This document shows, one piece after another, positions 49,188-59,188 of a stretch of DNA of 64,000 nt. The notes under the pieces were generated by a model that saw only the letters and a program-made list of their open reading frames with translations, was not told the origin of the DNA and did not search any database. Position 1 is the stretch's first letter. The number at the start of each line of letters is the position of its first letter. The stretch is from Candidatus Hydrogenedentota bacterium (lineage in GTDB: Bacteria; Hydrogenedentota; Hydrogenedentia; Hydrogenedentales; SLHB01): NCBI GenBank assembly GCA_963668025.2, contig CAXXTH010000009.1:64001-128000 (forward strand), given 5' to 3'. The translations under genes were made by a program, and so were the position numbers.

Positions 49188-50327
49188 ATGCTTATCTTTG
49201 TCCCCAAAGAACGGGACGACGCAGAATTGCGCGTCCCCCTCGTCCCTGACACCGTGGCAAAACTGGTGAAAAAAGGGGCGGAAATTGTAGTGGAGCCGGG
49301 CATGGGCCTGCCATCAGGCTATACCGACGCCATGTATGAAGCAGCAGGGGCCACGGTGGCCGCTGATGCAAAGGACGCCATGGCGCAGGCCGATATGGTG
49401 CTGCGTGTGCGAAAGCCGCCGCTGGATGAAGTCGCATCCATGAAGCAAGGCTGTATCCACGTGAGCTTTCTCGATCCGTTCCACGAGCGCGAATTGGTCG
49501 AGAAGATGGCCGAGTGCGGTGTCAGCGCCATCAGCATGGAGATGATCCCGCGCACGACCTTGGCGCAGAAAATGGACGCGCTGAGTTCACAGGCGAATCT
49601 GGCGGGCTATTACGCAGTCATCCTGGCGGCGGAACGCCTGGATAAGATTCTCCCGATGATGATGACCCCGGCGGGCACGATTTCGCCATCGCGGGTGTTT
49701 ATCATCGGTGCGGGCGTGGCGGGCCTCCAAGCCATCGCTACGGCGAAACGCCTCGGTGCGCGCGTGGATGCTTTCGACACGCGGCCCGTGGTCGAAGAGC
49801 AAGTCAAATCGCTTGGAGCGAAATTCGTCAAGGTGGACTTGGGCGAAACGGGCCAGACCAAGGACGGTTATGCCAAAGAGCTAACGCCTGAGCAGCAGCA
49901 AATGCAGCGGGACGCCATGGCGAAGGTGTGCGCCCAGTCGGACATCGTCATCACCACGGCGCAGCTTTTCGGCAAGCGGGCGCCAGTCATTGTGACCAAT
50001 GAGATGGTGGCGGCCATGAAACCGGGAAGTATTGTTGTAGACATGGCTGTCGAGACCGGCGGCAACGTTGAGTGCTCCGAGCTAGGAAAAGAAAAGGATG
50101 TAAACGGCGTCCGGGTTATCGGGTTGGGCAATCTGCCTGGCCGTGTAGCCGTCCACGCTAGCCAGATGTATTCGGCGAATCTGGGCAATCTAGTGGATTC
50201 ATTCTGGGATGCTGAGGCGAAAGTCTTTGCGTTAAAACAGGAAGACGAGATTATCCAGGGCTGTCTGGTGACCCATGGTGGCGAGTTAGTGAATGAACGC
50301 ATTAAACAGGCTTATGCGGCGAAATAG
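49188..50327 (+). CDS. pntA: NAD(P) transhydrogenase subunit alpha, part 1
   Basis: DALSSQANLAGY, MTPAGT, GAGVAGL, GGNVE. Confidence 0.95.
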   Translation: MLIFVPKERDDAELRVPLVPDTVAKLVKKGAEIVVEPGMGLPSGYTDAMYEAAGATVAADAKDAMAQADMVLRVRKPPLDEVASMKQGCIHVSFLDPFHERELVEKMAECGVSAISMEMIPRTTLAQKMDALSSQANLAGYYAVILAAERLDKILPMMMTPAGTISPSRVFIIGAGVAGLQAIATAKRLGARVDAFDTRPVVEEQVKSLGAKFVKVDLGETGQTKDGYAKELTPEQQQMQRDAMAKVCAQSDIVITTAQLFGKRAPVIVTNEMVAAMKPGSIVVDMAVETGGNVECSELGKEKDVNGVRVIGLGNLPGRVAVHASQMYSANLGNLVDSFWDAEAKVFALKQEDEIIQGCLVTHGGELVNERIKQAYAAK

Positions 50328-50357
50328 ACGCCGCGCCAGCCTGGCGGAGAACTGCAC

Positions 50358-50651
50358 ATGAATATGATAGCAATGCTGTTTTTCATCTTCGTAATTGCAA
50401 TTTTCTTGGGAGTCGAGCTGATATCAAAGGTTCCCTCGCAATTGCACACCCCGCTGATGTCGGGCTCGAACGCCATATCAGGCATCACCATTGTGGGTGC
50501 GCTGGTGGCGGCGGGCGCTGCAGGCGACGGCTGGTTCAAAATAGTGCTGGGTACGGCCGCAGTGGCCCTCGCCATGATCAATGTCGTGGGCGGATATCTA
50601 GTGACCGACCGCATGCTGGCCATGTTCAAGACGAAAAAGGGAGAGCACTAA
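50358..50651 (+). CDS. pntA: NAD(P) transhydrogenase subunit alpha, part 2 (membrane)
   Basis: LHTPLMSGSNAISG, VTDRML. Confidence 0.95.
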   Translation: MNMIAMLFFIFVIAIFLGVELISKVPSQLHTPLMSGSNAISGITIVGALVAAGAAGDGWFKIVLGTAAVALAMINVVGGYLVTDRMLAMFKTKKGEH

Positions 50652-52058
50652 GTGAGGGACGCAGTCATTAATCTAAGCTATATTCTGGCTTCGGTGCTTT
50701 TCATTTTCGGTTTGAAGATGATGAGCCGCCAGCATAGCGCCCGCCGGGGCAACCTCGTTTCGGCGCTGGGCATGCTTATCGCCATTCTGGCGACCTTGAT
50801 AAGTAATGAGATCCTCTCGTATCAATACATTATCGCGGGATTGATCATCGGCAGCATCGCGGGCACTGTTTCGGCCATGCGCGTGCCCATGACCTCGATG
50901 CCTGAATTCGTGGCGCTATTCAATGGTTTTGGCGGCCTCGCGAGCCTTCTCGTGGGCTGGGCCGAATACCATAAGCAATTTGCTGGATGGAAGGGCATGG
51001 CGCTGACTGCGGGCGATCCCCCGGTGTGGTATCTTGCGTTGGTGATTTTTATCACCATCTTGATCGGCGGCGTCACCTTCACGGGCAGCATGGTGGCCTA
51101 TGCCAAACTGGCTGGCCGCCTTCCCGGAAAGCCGATTCTGTTTCCGAAACAGCAATTGATCAACGCCGCGGCGGTGCTGGGCATGCTGCTCTTTGGCCTG
51201 CTCTTTATGCTCAATCCGGGGCACATGTATTTCGTGTTCTTCCTGGCCGTGCTGTTATCGCTGGCGCTGGGCGTGCTCACCTCGATTCCCGTGGGTGGAG
51301 CGGATATGCCCGTGGTCATCTGCTTGTTGAACAGCTACTCCGGCTTGGCGGCGTGCGCCTCCGGCTTCGTGATCTCGAATAATCTGCTGATCGTGACCGG
51401 CTCGCTGGTGGGCGCAAGCGGTATCGTCCTCACGCAGATCATGTGCAAAGCCATGAACCGCTCGCTGGCCAACGTGCTCTTTGGCGGGCTGGGCACGGCT
51501 TCCGGCAAAGCCACGGCATTCAAGGGTGAAGCCAAATCCCTTACACCCGAAGACGCCTATTACATCCTTGAAGCGGCCAATTCGGTCGTGTTCGTGCCCG
51601 GATACGGCATGGCCGTCGCCCAGGCACAGCACGTGGTGCGCGAGCTGGGCGAACTGCTCGAAAAGAACGGCGCGGAAGTGAAGTACGCCATCCATCCCGT
51701 AGCGGGCCGCATGCCGGGGCATATGAACGTCCTCTTGGCCGAGGCCAATGTGCCGTATGAACAGCTTGTCGAGATGGATGATATCAATCCCATCATCGAG
51801 ACTGTCGATGTGGCCATCGTCATCGGGGCCAACGACGTGGTGAATCCCGCCGCGCGCACCGATAAGAACTGCGCCATCTACGGCATGCCCATCATCAATG
51901 TGGACCACGCGAAGACGGTCTTCGTGCTCAAGCGTTCGCTGGCCTCGGGGTTCGCGGGCGTGGATAATCCGCTGTTCTTCAACGAAAACACGCGCATGCT
52001 TTTCGGCGACGCCAAGGCGACGGTGCAAGCGCTCGTGAGCCAAATGAAGGAGAGTTGA
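50652..52058 (+). CDS. pntB: NAD(P) transhydrogenase subunit beta
   Basis: GGADMPVV, LNSYSG, PGYGMAVAQAQ, HPVAGRMPGHMNV. Confidence 0.96.
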   Translation: MRDAVINLSYILASVLFIFGLKMMSRQHSARRGNLVSALGMLIAILATLISNEILSYQYIIAGLIIGSIAGTVSAMRVPMTSMPEFVALFNGFGGLASLLVGWAEYHKQFAGWKGMALTAGDPPVWYLALVIFITILIGGVTFTGSMVAYAKLAGRLPGKPILFPKQQLINAAAVLGMLLFGLLFMLNPGHMYFVFFLAVLLSLALGVLTSIPVGGADMPVVICLLNSYSGLAACASGFVISNNLLIVTGSLVGASGIVLTQIMCKAMNRSLANVLFGGLGTASGKATAFKGEAKSLTPEDAYYILEAANSVVFVPGYGMAVAQAQHVVRELGELLEKNGAEVKYAIHPVAGRMPGHMNVLLAEANVPYEQLVEMDDINPIIETVDVAIVIGANDVVNPAARTDKNCAIYGMPIINVDHAKTVFVLKRSLASGFAGVDNPLFFNENTRMLFGDAKATVQALVSQMKES

Positions 52059-52066
52059 TTACAAAT

Positions 52067-52125
52067 AGCCACAAGAGGCGCAAGAGCCACAAAAGGATCT
52101 TGCGCCTTTTGTGCTTCTTGCGGCT
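52067..52125. repeat. inverted pair of the GCCACAAGAGGCGCAAG repeat family just after the pntB stop
   Basis: AGCCACAAGAGGCGCAAGAGCCACAAAAG-GAT-CTTGCGCCTTTTGTGCTTCTTGCGGCT. Confidence 0.7.
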
Positions 52126-52178
52126 CATTCTTCGGCCGGCCCGTGTTTTCTAGAAAAAATACCGCTATAATCCGAGGT

Positions 52179-53429
52179 ATGGACGCCATTGAAATCAGAC
52201 CACGCTCGAATCTAGACGCCATAGCAACCGTGCCCGGCTCGAAGAGTTGTACGGCGCGTGCTCTCGTTATGGCCGCGCTCACCCATGGCCCGAGTGTTCT
52301 CCTCGAACCAGCCGATTGCGATGACTCGGACCGCATGCTGGATGGGCTTAATGCCCTCGGCGTCCGCTCGGTGAAAATGCCGGGGCGCATCGAAGTGGCG
52401 GGCGGGCCGATGCACGCTCCTCAAACACCCCTGATGCTCGGCAATAGCGGCACCGCCGTGCGGTTTCTCGCCGCCGCGTGCGCCACGCTCGATGGGGCGG
52501 CGGTGCTCGATGGCACGGCCCGCATGCGGGAGCGCCCTATCTCGGACCTTGTCGAGGCCTTGCGCGCCTGGGGCGTCGAGGCTGACGCGCCCACGGGATG
52601 CCCCCCGCTCACCGTGCGCTCATCCGGCTCTTTCGGCGGAGCCATCACCGTACGCGGCGATGCCAGCAGCCAATACCTGACCGGCCTCTTACTTGCCGCA
52701 CCCCGCGCCACGCGCGATGTGGACATCGCCATTGACGGAGTGCTGGTGTCGAAGCCCTATGTGGACCTCACGCTCTCCATGATGGCCGAACGAGGCGTCT
52801 CGGCGTCCCATCGCGAGTATAAAGCGTTTCACGTGCCAGCAGGCCAATCGTACTGGCCCGGAACCTACGCCATTGAAGCCGACGCCTCCGGGGCGTCCTA
52901 CTTCTTCGCAGCCGCCGCCGTGGTGGGCGGGCGCGTCCGAGTGAACCACCTCTCGATGCGCTCGGTCCAAGGCGACGCCCAATTTCCCCGCGTCCTCGAA
53001 CAAATGGGATGCATGGTCCGGGAAGGGGAAGACTGGATCGAAGTATCCTCGAACGGCACGCTGCGCGGCATCGACATCGACCTCAACGCCATGCCTGACA
53101 TGGCCCAGACCCTTGCCGTCACGGCCCTATTCGCCGATGGCCCCACCACCATCCGCAACGTGGCCAACCTGCGCATCAAGGAGACCGACATCGAAGCTAC
53201 AGCCACGGAACTGCGCAAACTCGGCGCGGAAGTGGACGCCTTCGAGGACGGCCTTCGCATTCATCCCGGCCCCCACCGCGCCGCCGCCATCGACACTTAC
53301 GACGACCATCGCATGGCTATGAGCTTCGCCCTCGCCGGCCTGCGCATCCCCGGTGTCGTCATCAATGATCCTGGCTGCGTCTCTAAAACCTTCCCGGATT
53401 TCTTCGAGCGGTTTAGCGCGCTTGTATGA
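52179..53429 (+). CDS. aroA: 3-phosphoshikimate 1-carboxyvinyltransferase (EPSP synthase)
   Basis: PGSKS, GNSGT..RF, RM.ERP, SSQY, DDHRMAM, KTFP; the conserved Arg after KETD is absent. Confidence 0.93.
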   Translation: MDAIEIRPRSNLDAIATVPGSKSCTARALVMAALTHGPSVLLEPADCDDSDRMLDGLNALGVRSVKMPGRIEVAGGPMHAPQTPLMLGNSGTAVRFLAAACATLDGAAVLDGTARMRERPISDLVEALRAWGVEADAPTGCPPLTVRSSGSFGGAITVRGDASSQYLTGLLLAAPRATRDVDIAIDGVLVSKPYVDLTLSMMAERGVSASHREYKAFHVPAGQSYWPGTYAIEADASGASYFFAAAAVVGGRVRVNHLSMRSVQGDAQFPRVLEQMGCMVREGEDWIEVSSNGTLRGIDIDLNAMPDMAQTLAVTALFADGPTTIRNVANLRIKETDIEATATELRKLGAEVDAFEDGLRIHPGPHRAAAIDTYDDHRMAMSFALAGLRIPGVVINDPGCVSKTFPDFFERFSALV

Positions 53430-53552
53430 AGATTTTGTACTTGGCAACTTGAATGAGTCAAAATAGAAAGGCATAGATGATTCACTGCTTTTGAGTGGCT
53501 GTCATGCAACCATTGCACATCGAAGGGACATCATCGCTCCTTCTCCTTACCG

Positions 53553-54885
53553 TCATAGAATAACGATGCTTAATAGCCAAACGGTTATTGCCGCGGCAAG
53601 CCCGGTGACCAACGTGCCTAGCGTTTGCAGGCGGTAGCCTTGATTTACCGTCATGCCGGAGAATTGGGTAACGACCCAGAAGAAGCTGTCGTTGGCGTGC
53701 GATACCATCATGGAACCCGCGCCAATAGCCACCACCACGAGCGCCTTACTCATCTCACTTGTTAATCCAAGCGTAGGCAATAGCGGCAAGATGAGTCCCG
53801 CCGTTGTGATGAGTGAAACGGTGGATGAACCCTGTGCGGTTTTTATTCCGGCCGCGATAAGGATGGGAAGCAAGATGCCGATGCTTTCATGGCCTTTGAG
53901 TCCGGCCCCGATAACACCCGCAATGCCGGAATTTTGCAGGATTTTTCCGAAGGAGCCGCCCGCTCCCGTGATGACGATGATGATGGCCGCGCTTACTATC
54001 GCCTCGCCGACCCATCCCGTGGTGGACAACATGTCGCGATTGAACTTCTTTGGAAGCAGAAATGCGATAAACGTTCCAATGAGCAACGCCACGGCCGGCT
54101 GTCCAAAGAATCCCAGCAATGTGGCGGCGTGTCCTTCGCCCAGGGGTTTGCCTGGAAGCTCCGTGATGGAACGAATCACGATCAGCACGATGGGCAATAA
54201 AATGGGAATGAGCGATTTGAGCGCCGATGGCGTGTCTTTTGCACTTGCGATATCGGGCGTTTCGTCCGAAGCGGCGAGCGTGGTTTTTCCCGCCACCATG
54301 ACAGCAAAAAGCAAACCGGCTAAAGTCGATATAAGCCCCACTACCAAACCCCATAAAATGACAAGTCCCAAATCAGCGCCCAAAATGCCGGCGCATCCCA
54401 CGGGTCCTGGCGTTGGCGGCACCATCGTGTGCGTCGAATAGAGGCCCAACCCGAGCGCAATGGCGCAGGCCGCAAGCGGCACTTTGGCCTTGCGCGCCAG
54501 CGCCTTATTGAGCGGAGAAAGCAGAACAAAGCCTGAATCGCAAAAGACCGGTATGGACACGATATACCCGATAAACGCCATGGCCAAGGGTACATTGCGC
54601 TGTCCCGTGATGCGCAGCATCCCTTCCGCTAACCGATACACCCCGCCCGACTTTTCCAGAAACGTGCCAATGATGCATCCCGCGAGAATGACGATGCCAA
54701 TATTTCCGATTGTATCGCCAAAACCCGTGTTTACCGCCTTTACCACATCATTCAGCGGCATGCCCGCGGCGATGCCAAAACCAAAAGCCGCCAGCAAAAG
54801 CGCCAGGAATGGATGAAGCTTCAATTTTATCGTGGCAAACACAATGAAGAAAAACGGACAAGACCAATAAGGTAATTAGCAGCAT
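53553..54885 (-). CDS. GntP-family permease (apparent extra base in the A5 run at about 54850-54854)
   Basis: HPFLAL, PVFCDSGF, PPTPGP, AQGSSTV, SHANDSFFW; ATG 54885 with its RBS is out of frame by one base. Confidence 0.85.
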
Positions 54886-54919
54886 AAAGTCCCCTTCCTT
54901 GTAGTTTCGAGCGTCTGGC

Positions 54920-56102
54920 TTAAGGCTTGTTCTTTCCGAATGCATCGAGCGCAGTCTGCATGAAGACGCCTTGTGCTTTTTCGCCTTCGCCGGGGAAGCT
55001 GGCGTGTTGGATGAGCCATACGAGGATCAGGCCGTGTTGGGTGTTCGCGATGGTGTTGGTCGAGTAGGCGCCGCCGTGGCCGTAGAAGCCGTCCCCCACC
55101 GCGAGGCCGAAGCCGTAGCTGTCAGGCAACTCTTGCGGCGTCTGGCGGCTGGTCATCATCTTCACGGATGCTTCGGAGAGATACCGCTTCCCATCCAATT
55201 GGCCGCCGTTGAGGAGCATTTGGTAGAAGCGCGTGATGTCGTGGGCAGTCGAGAACAGCCCCGCCCGCTGGCATGGGGAATCGTTGCGTCCGGTCAGTGA
55301 GCGGATAATATAATTGGCTGATGGCCGTCTCTTCCAATCCCTGATTGTCCGCTCCCGCTTTGTAGGACTTGGCGATGCGCGCCGCCTGCCGTTTGCTGGG
55401 CCAGAACGTGGTGTCCTTCATGCCGAGGGGCTGGAACAACCGCTCTTCCAGGAATTGCTCGAAGGGCATCCCCGCCACGACTTCAATGATACGCCCCGCC
55501 GTGTTGAAGCCCGCGTTGCTGTACTGGTATTTGGAGTCCGGCTCGAAATCCAGCGGCGACACGGCGTAACTGCGGACGCGCGCGCTGAGGGGGAACAGGT
55601 CAAGCGTAGGCTCCTCCAATTTCGTGCAGAACGGCAACCCGCTGGTGTGGGATAGGATGTTTTTGATTGTGATCGGATGCCGGGGTTTGCGCAACAGCAC
55701 GTGTTCTTCATCCTTCTCCACCACCACCATCTGGCCGTGAAACTCGGGCAGATATTTTTCGACGGGATCGTCCACATTCACCTTGCCTTCATCCACCAGT
55801 ATCATCAGCGCGGCAGCAGTGATCGGCTTCGACTGCGAGGCAATCCAAAACATTGAGTCCGCCTTCATACGTTTCTTCGCCGCGATATCCGCCCAGCCGG
55901 CGGTGTCCGTCATGAGGACATGGTCCTTGTCGGCCACCAACATGACCGCGCCCGCCAGTTCATGCCGTTCCACAAACGGCTGCATGTCCACGATCTTCTC
56001 CGCCACCTGCGCTTGGGCGAACATGGGAAACAAAACCAACACCACCCCGAAGAGCATCAGGCCAGCAACGACATGAACAGGACTGCAAATCATGGTTTTC
56101 AT
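54920..56102 (-). CDS. serine hydrolase, beta-lactamase class C family (apparent extra base in the C4 run at about 55259-55262)
   Basis: SxxK (ASQSK), LSHTSG, YSN; removing one G restores PAGGLFSTAHD and joins the C-terminal GHGG ORF 54920-55219. Confidence 0.85.
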
Positions 56103-56230
56103 TCTCCTCTGCGTTGGAAAGGGCAATGTGTTACGAGCTGTCATCCTATTCCCCGATGGGCTGTGCAATCAATATCGGCGCGGTATTTTTCTGAGGAGAA
56201 TTCCTGGGTGTGTTTGAGTGGTTACATAGA

Positions 56231-56261
56231 AATAGGCCCCTGGTTTTACCGGGGGCCTATT
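56231..56261 (-). terminator. hairpin downstream of the LRR gene
   Basis: AATAGGCCCCTGGT-TTT-ACCGGGGGCCTATT. Confidence 0.65.
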
Positions 56262-56299
56262 AACTATTATGGAATTACTACAATTTTAATAACGTGATT

Positions 56300-57307
56300 C
56301 TACTGTAGAACCGTAACTCCGCGTCCCGTCAGGATGGGGATCTGCGTGCCGATGGCCGCTACGCTGAGCGGATTGTCCCCCAGGTCTACGGAGTCGCCGG
56401 TGGCTAAGCCCGCGTTGTCCACAAGAGCCTGGATGTCGGTGACCTGGTTCTGGTCAAGCTCCAGCTTGGTCAGATTGATCATCCCCGTCAGTGGCGTGAG
56501 GTTGACGATGTCATTGTCATCAAGGTCCAACTCGATCAGCGCGGTGAGGCCGGTTAACGGGGTTATATCAACGATCGCATTGTCGTCCAATCCCAGATGG
56601 GTAAGCCCGGTTAAGGCCGTAATAAATGTGATATTGGTGACAAGCGGGGTGTTGTGGTCGACCGTGAGGGCAGTGAGATTGGCCAACCCCGCCAATGGTG
56701 ACAGGTCGGCGACGTTGTTGTTGTTGATAAATAAGTAGATCAGCCCCGGAAGATTAGCCAAGACAGAGACGTCTTCCACGTCGTTTTCGTCGAGATCGAG
56801 GTAGATGAGCGACGCCAGGCCGTTCACCGGCGAGATGTCTTGCACGAAATTGTGGTCGATAATGAGCGCCTGCAACGATGTCATGCCGCTAACCGGCGCG
56901 ATGTTTTCAAGGAGGTTGCTCTCCACGTCCAGGACTTGAAGCCAAGTCATCGGAGCGATGGCTGCCAGGGAAGTGAGATAACAGTTTCCCGCATGCAGGC
57001 GTGTCAGCGATGTCATTCCCGCTAGCGGCGAAAGATCCTCGATGGGGTTGTCGTTGATATTTAGGGTCGTCAGGCTTGTGCAGGCATCAATACCCTCCAG
57101 GCTTTGAATATTCATGCCAGACGCGTCGAGCGTCACGAGGGTGGCCGCTTGGGCTGCCGAGATATGGGCGCGTGCGGGCAAATCCAGCGCGGTCCGTACA
57201 GCAGCAGCCAGGTTGGCGTCGGTGAACAGTACAAAGTCACTGGGGCATCCCCCAAGAGCCCCCACCAGCATGCTCCCCAGAACACACAGCGCGATTCTTT
57301 TTTTCAT
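56300..57307 (-). CDS. internalin-like leucine-rich-repeat lipoprotein
   Basis: Lipobox LGGC; F.D.NL.AAVR cap; about 11 22-aa LxxLxLxxNxIxDLxPL repeats. Confidence 0.9.
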   Translation of the reverse strand: MKKRIALCVLGSMLVGALGGCPSDFVLFTDANLAAAVRTALDLPARAHISAAQAATLVTLDASGMNIQSLEGIDACTSLTTLNINDNPIEDLSPLAGMTSLTRLHAGNCYLTSLAAIAPMTWLQVLDVESNLLENIAPVSGMTSLQALIIDHNFVQDISPVNGLASLIYLDLDENDVEDVSVLANLPGLIYLFINNNNVADLSPLAGLANLTALTVDHNTPLVTNITFITALTGLTHLGLDDNAIVDITPLTGLTALIELDLDDNDIVNLTPLTGMINLTKLELDQNQVTDIQALVDNAGLATGDSVDLGDNPLSVAAIGTQIPILTGRGVTVLQ

Positions 57308-57703
57308 GGCTCGTTCTCCTGTTTCGTTTCAATGCGCCCATGTCGCGCAACAGCCGAAAAGCCAGCATAGTTTTCGGTATAGCCGCGCTCATTATGGCAT
57401 TCCTCCGATGGATTGACTATGTACAGCTTACGGCCCTTACGCAAAACGCAGGCAAAGAATTGGTAAAATTTTGGTAAACACTGTCCCGGATTCCAAAATA
57501 TGCAGACTGATCAATAGGAGTATGGAACTCCTCGCCCTGTGTAGGAATGATGTCCTCGCCGGTCATTTATGGAGCATCAAAACGAGCCCCTATGCCGTTT
57601 TTTCCATGCGGGCCAGGCCGTGCTACAATCTCTTGCGTGGAGAGAGGCGCGCTGCAATGTGCCCCTAGATGAACCGTATCGGCCCAGGGAATGAGGAAAA
57701 CTC

Positions 57704-58495
57704 ATGGTGAAAACCATTTCGATTACGCTCCAGGTGTGGCGGCAGGATGGGCCGGAAGAGGCGGGGCGGTTCGAGACCATCCAGGCGGACGGCATCAGCA
57801 CGGATGCGTCGTTTCTCGAAATGCTCGATATTGTGAACCAGCGCCTCACGAAGAGCGGCGGCGTCCCGATCACGTTTGACCATGACTGCCGCGAGGGCAT
57901 TTGTGGCAGTTGCGGGGCCATGATTAATGGCTACGCCCACGGTCCTGAACGGGAAATGACGCTGTGCCAGCTCCATATGCGGTCGTTCCAGGATGGCGAC
58001 ACGCTAGTCGTCGAGCCGTGGCGTTCGCGGGCGTTTCCGGTTCTCAAGGATCTGGCCGTGGACCGGAGCGCGTTTGACCGCATCATCCAGGCGGGGGGCT
58101 ACATTTCCGTGCGCGCGGGGCAGGCTCCCGAGGCCCATTCCGCGCCCGTGCCCAAGCCTGAGGCCGACGCCGCTTTCGAGCCCGCCCAGTGCATTGGCTG
58201 TGGGGCGTGCGTGGCGGCGTGCCCGAATGGGGCGGCCATGTTGTTCGTGGCGGCGAAGATAAGCCATTTGGGCCATTTGCCCCAGGGCCAGCCCGAGCGG
58301 TGGACGCGCGTGCGCGCCATGGTGCGCCAGATGGACGAGGAAGGCTTCGGCAATTGCTCGAACCATTACGAATGCGAGGCGGCGTGCCCGAAGGGTATCT
58401 CCGTCGAGAACATCGCCCGGATGAACCGCGACCATTGGCGGAGCTTTCTCATAAACCGCACATCCAGCGCCACGGCCACCGGGGGGACGGGGTGA
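57704..58495 (+). CDS. sdhB: succinate dehydrogenase/fumarate reductase iron-sulfur subunit
   Basis: [35 protein letters not shown]. Confidence 0.93.
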   Translation: MVKTISITLQVWRQDGPEEAGRFETIQADGISTDASFLEMLDIVNQRLTKSGGVPITFDHDCREGICGSCGAMINGYAHGPEREMTLCQLHMRSFQDGDTLVVEPWRSRAFPVLKDLAVDRSAFDRIIQAGGYISVRAGQAPEAHSAPVPKPEADAAFEPAQCIGCGACVAACPNGAAMLFVAAKISHLGHLPQGQPERWTRVRAMVRQMDEEGFGNCSNHYECEAACPKGISVENIARMNRDHWRSFLINRTSSATATGGTG

Positions 58496-58585
58496 TTGGG
58501 CGCTATACTTGCATATATAGAACGCTAGACATGAAAAATGGACAGCGCCGCATCCAACAAGGTAAACTATGAGCCGCTTCTTTGC

Positions 58586-58669
58586 GGAGGGTTAGGATAA
58601 TTGGCAATCCACCGGTCTTGAAAACCGGCGCCTACGGGCTTGTGGGTTCGAGTCCCACACCCTCCGCCA
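58586..58669 (+). tRNA. tRNA-Ser(TGA)
   Basis: Acceptor stem GGAGGGT/ACCCTCC, discriminator G, encoded CCA; anticodon arm CCGGT-CT TGA AA-ACCGG; long variable arm; GGTTCGAGTCC T-arm. Confidence 0.95.
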
Positions 58670-58836
58670 TTCCGCCTATTTTTCTTTATTCGTTGGCTGC
58701 GCGGTTTTCTTGGCGAAGGCCCTTTCGCATGCTCCGAATGCCCAGGCAATCCGTTCTTCATTGTCGGTATGCCGTGCCTGGATGGATGGCTATCGTCAAA
58801 ATGTATATTGCTTATTGCGGAGGAACCGCATAAAAC

Positions 58837-58880
58837 GGAAAGCCGCCATAATCTCCCCTAAGAGCTTATGGCGGCTTTCC
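58837..58880 (-). terminator. strong hairpin, probably bidirectional, between the tRNA and the small ORF
   Basis: GGAAAGCCGCCATAA...TTATGGCGGCTTTCC 15-bp stem, followed by GTTTTA on the minus strand. Confidence 0.75.
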
Positions 58881-58899
58881 AGCATGCCAGGATTAAGAA

Positions 58900-59052
58900 T
58901 TAATCACAAGTCAGGCCGATCAAAGAAGCCAAGTCGATCGAGATGGTGCCGAGATCGAATACGCCGAGAACGTTATTAACCACGGTCAGCATTACATCGA
59001 GCACATCTTGGATTGATCCGATAAACGAGCAAAGCAACGAACTGAAATCCAT
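58900..59052 (-). CDS. 50-aa small hydrophobic anionic protein of unknown function
   Basis: Below the ORF-track cutoff; AAGGAGGT RBS; MDFSSLLCSFIGSIQDVLDVMLTVVNNVLGVFDLGTISIDLASLIGLTCD*; own promoter and terminator. Confidence 0.75.
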   Translation of the reverse strand: MDFSSLLCSFIGSIQDVLDVMLTVVNNVLGVFDLGTISIDLASLIGLTCD

Positions 59053-59124
59053 GACATTTACCTCCTTACTGAATCCACACGTTTCTTCTTCCCACTCACA
59101 CAGACGCCATCACGTGGCAGAGGG

Positions 59125-59153
59125 ATTATACAAAAAGAATCCATACTTGGCAA
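59125..59153 (-). promoter_or_regulatory. sigma70 promoter of the small ORF
   Basis: TTGCCA-N17-TATAAT on the minus strand. Confidence 0.7.
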
Positions 59154-59188
59154 ATATAAAATAGAGTGCGCCAGGATACGGGAGCCGC

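Noticed and set aside
57400-57480. ACGCAAAAC motif suggestive of a c-di-GMP-I riboswitch
   Set aside because: No GGCAAA/GNRA P1 stem or proper P2 could be built by eye; needs an Rfam scan.
58586-58669. tRNA as selenocysteine tRNA or as an integration site
   Set aside because: The anticodon is TGA (Ser), not TCA, with a 7-bp acceptor stem; no integrase or duplicated tRNA 3' end is seen in the window.
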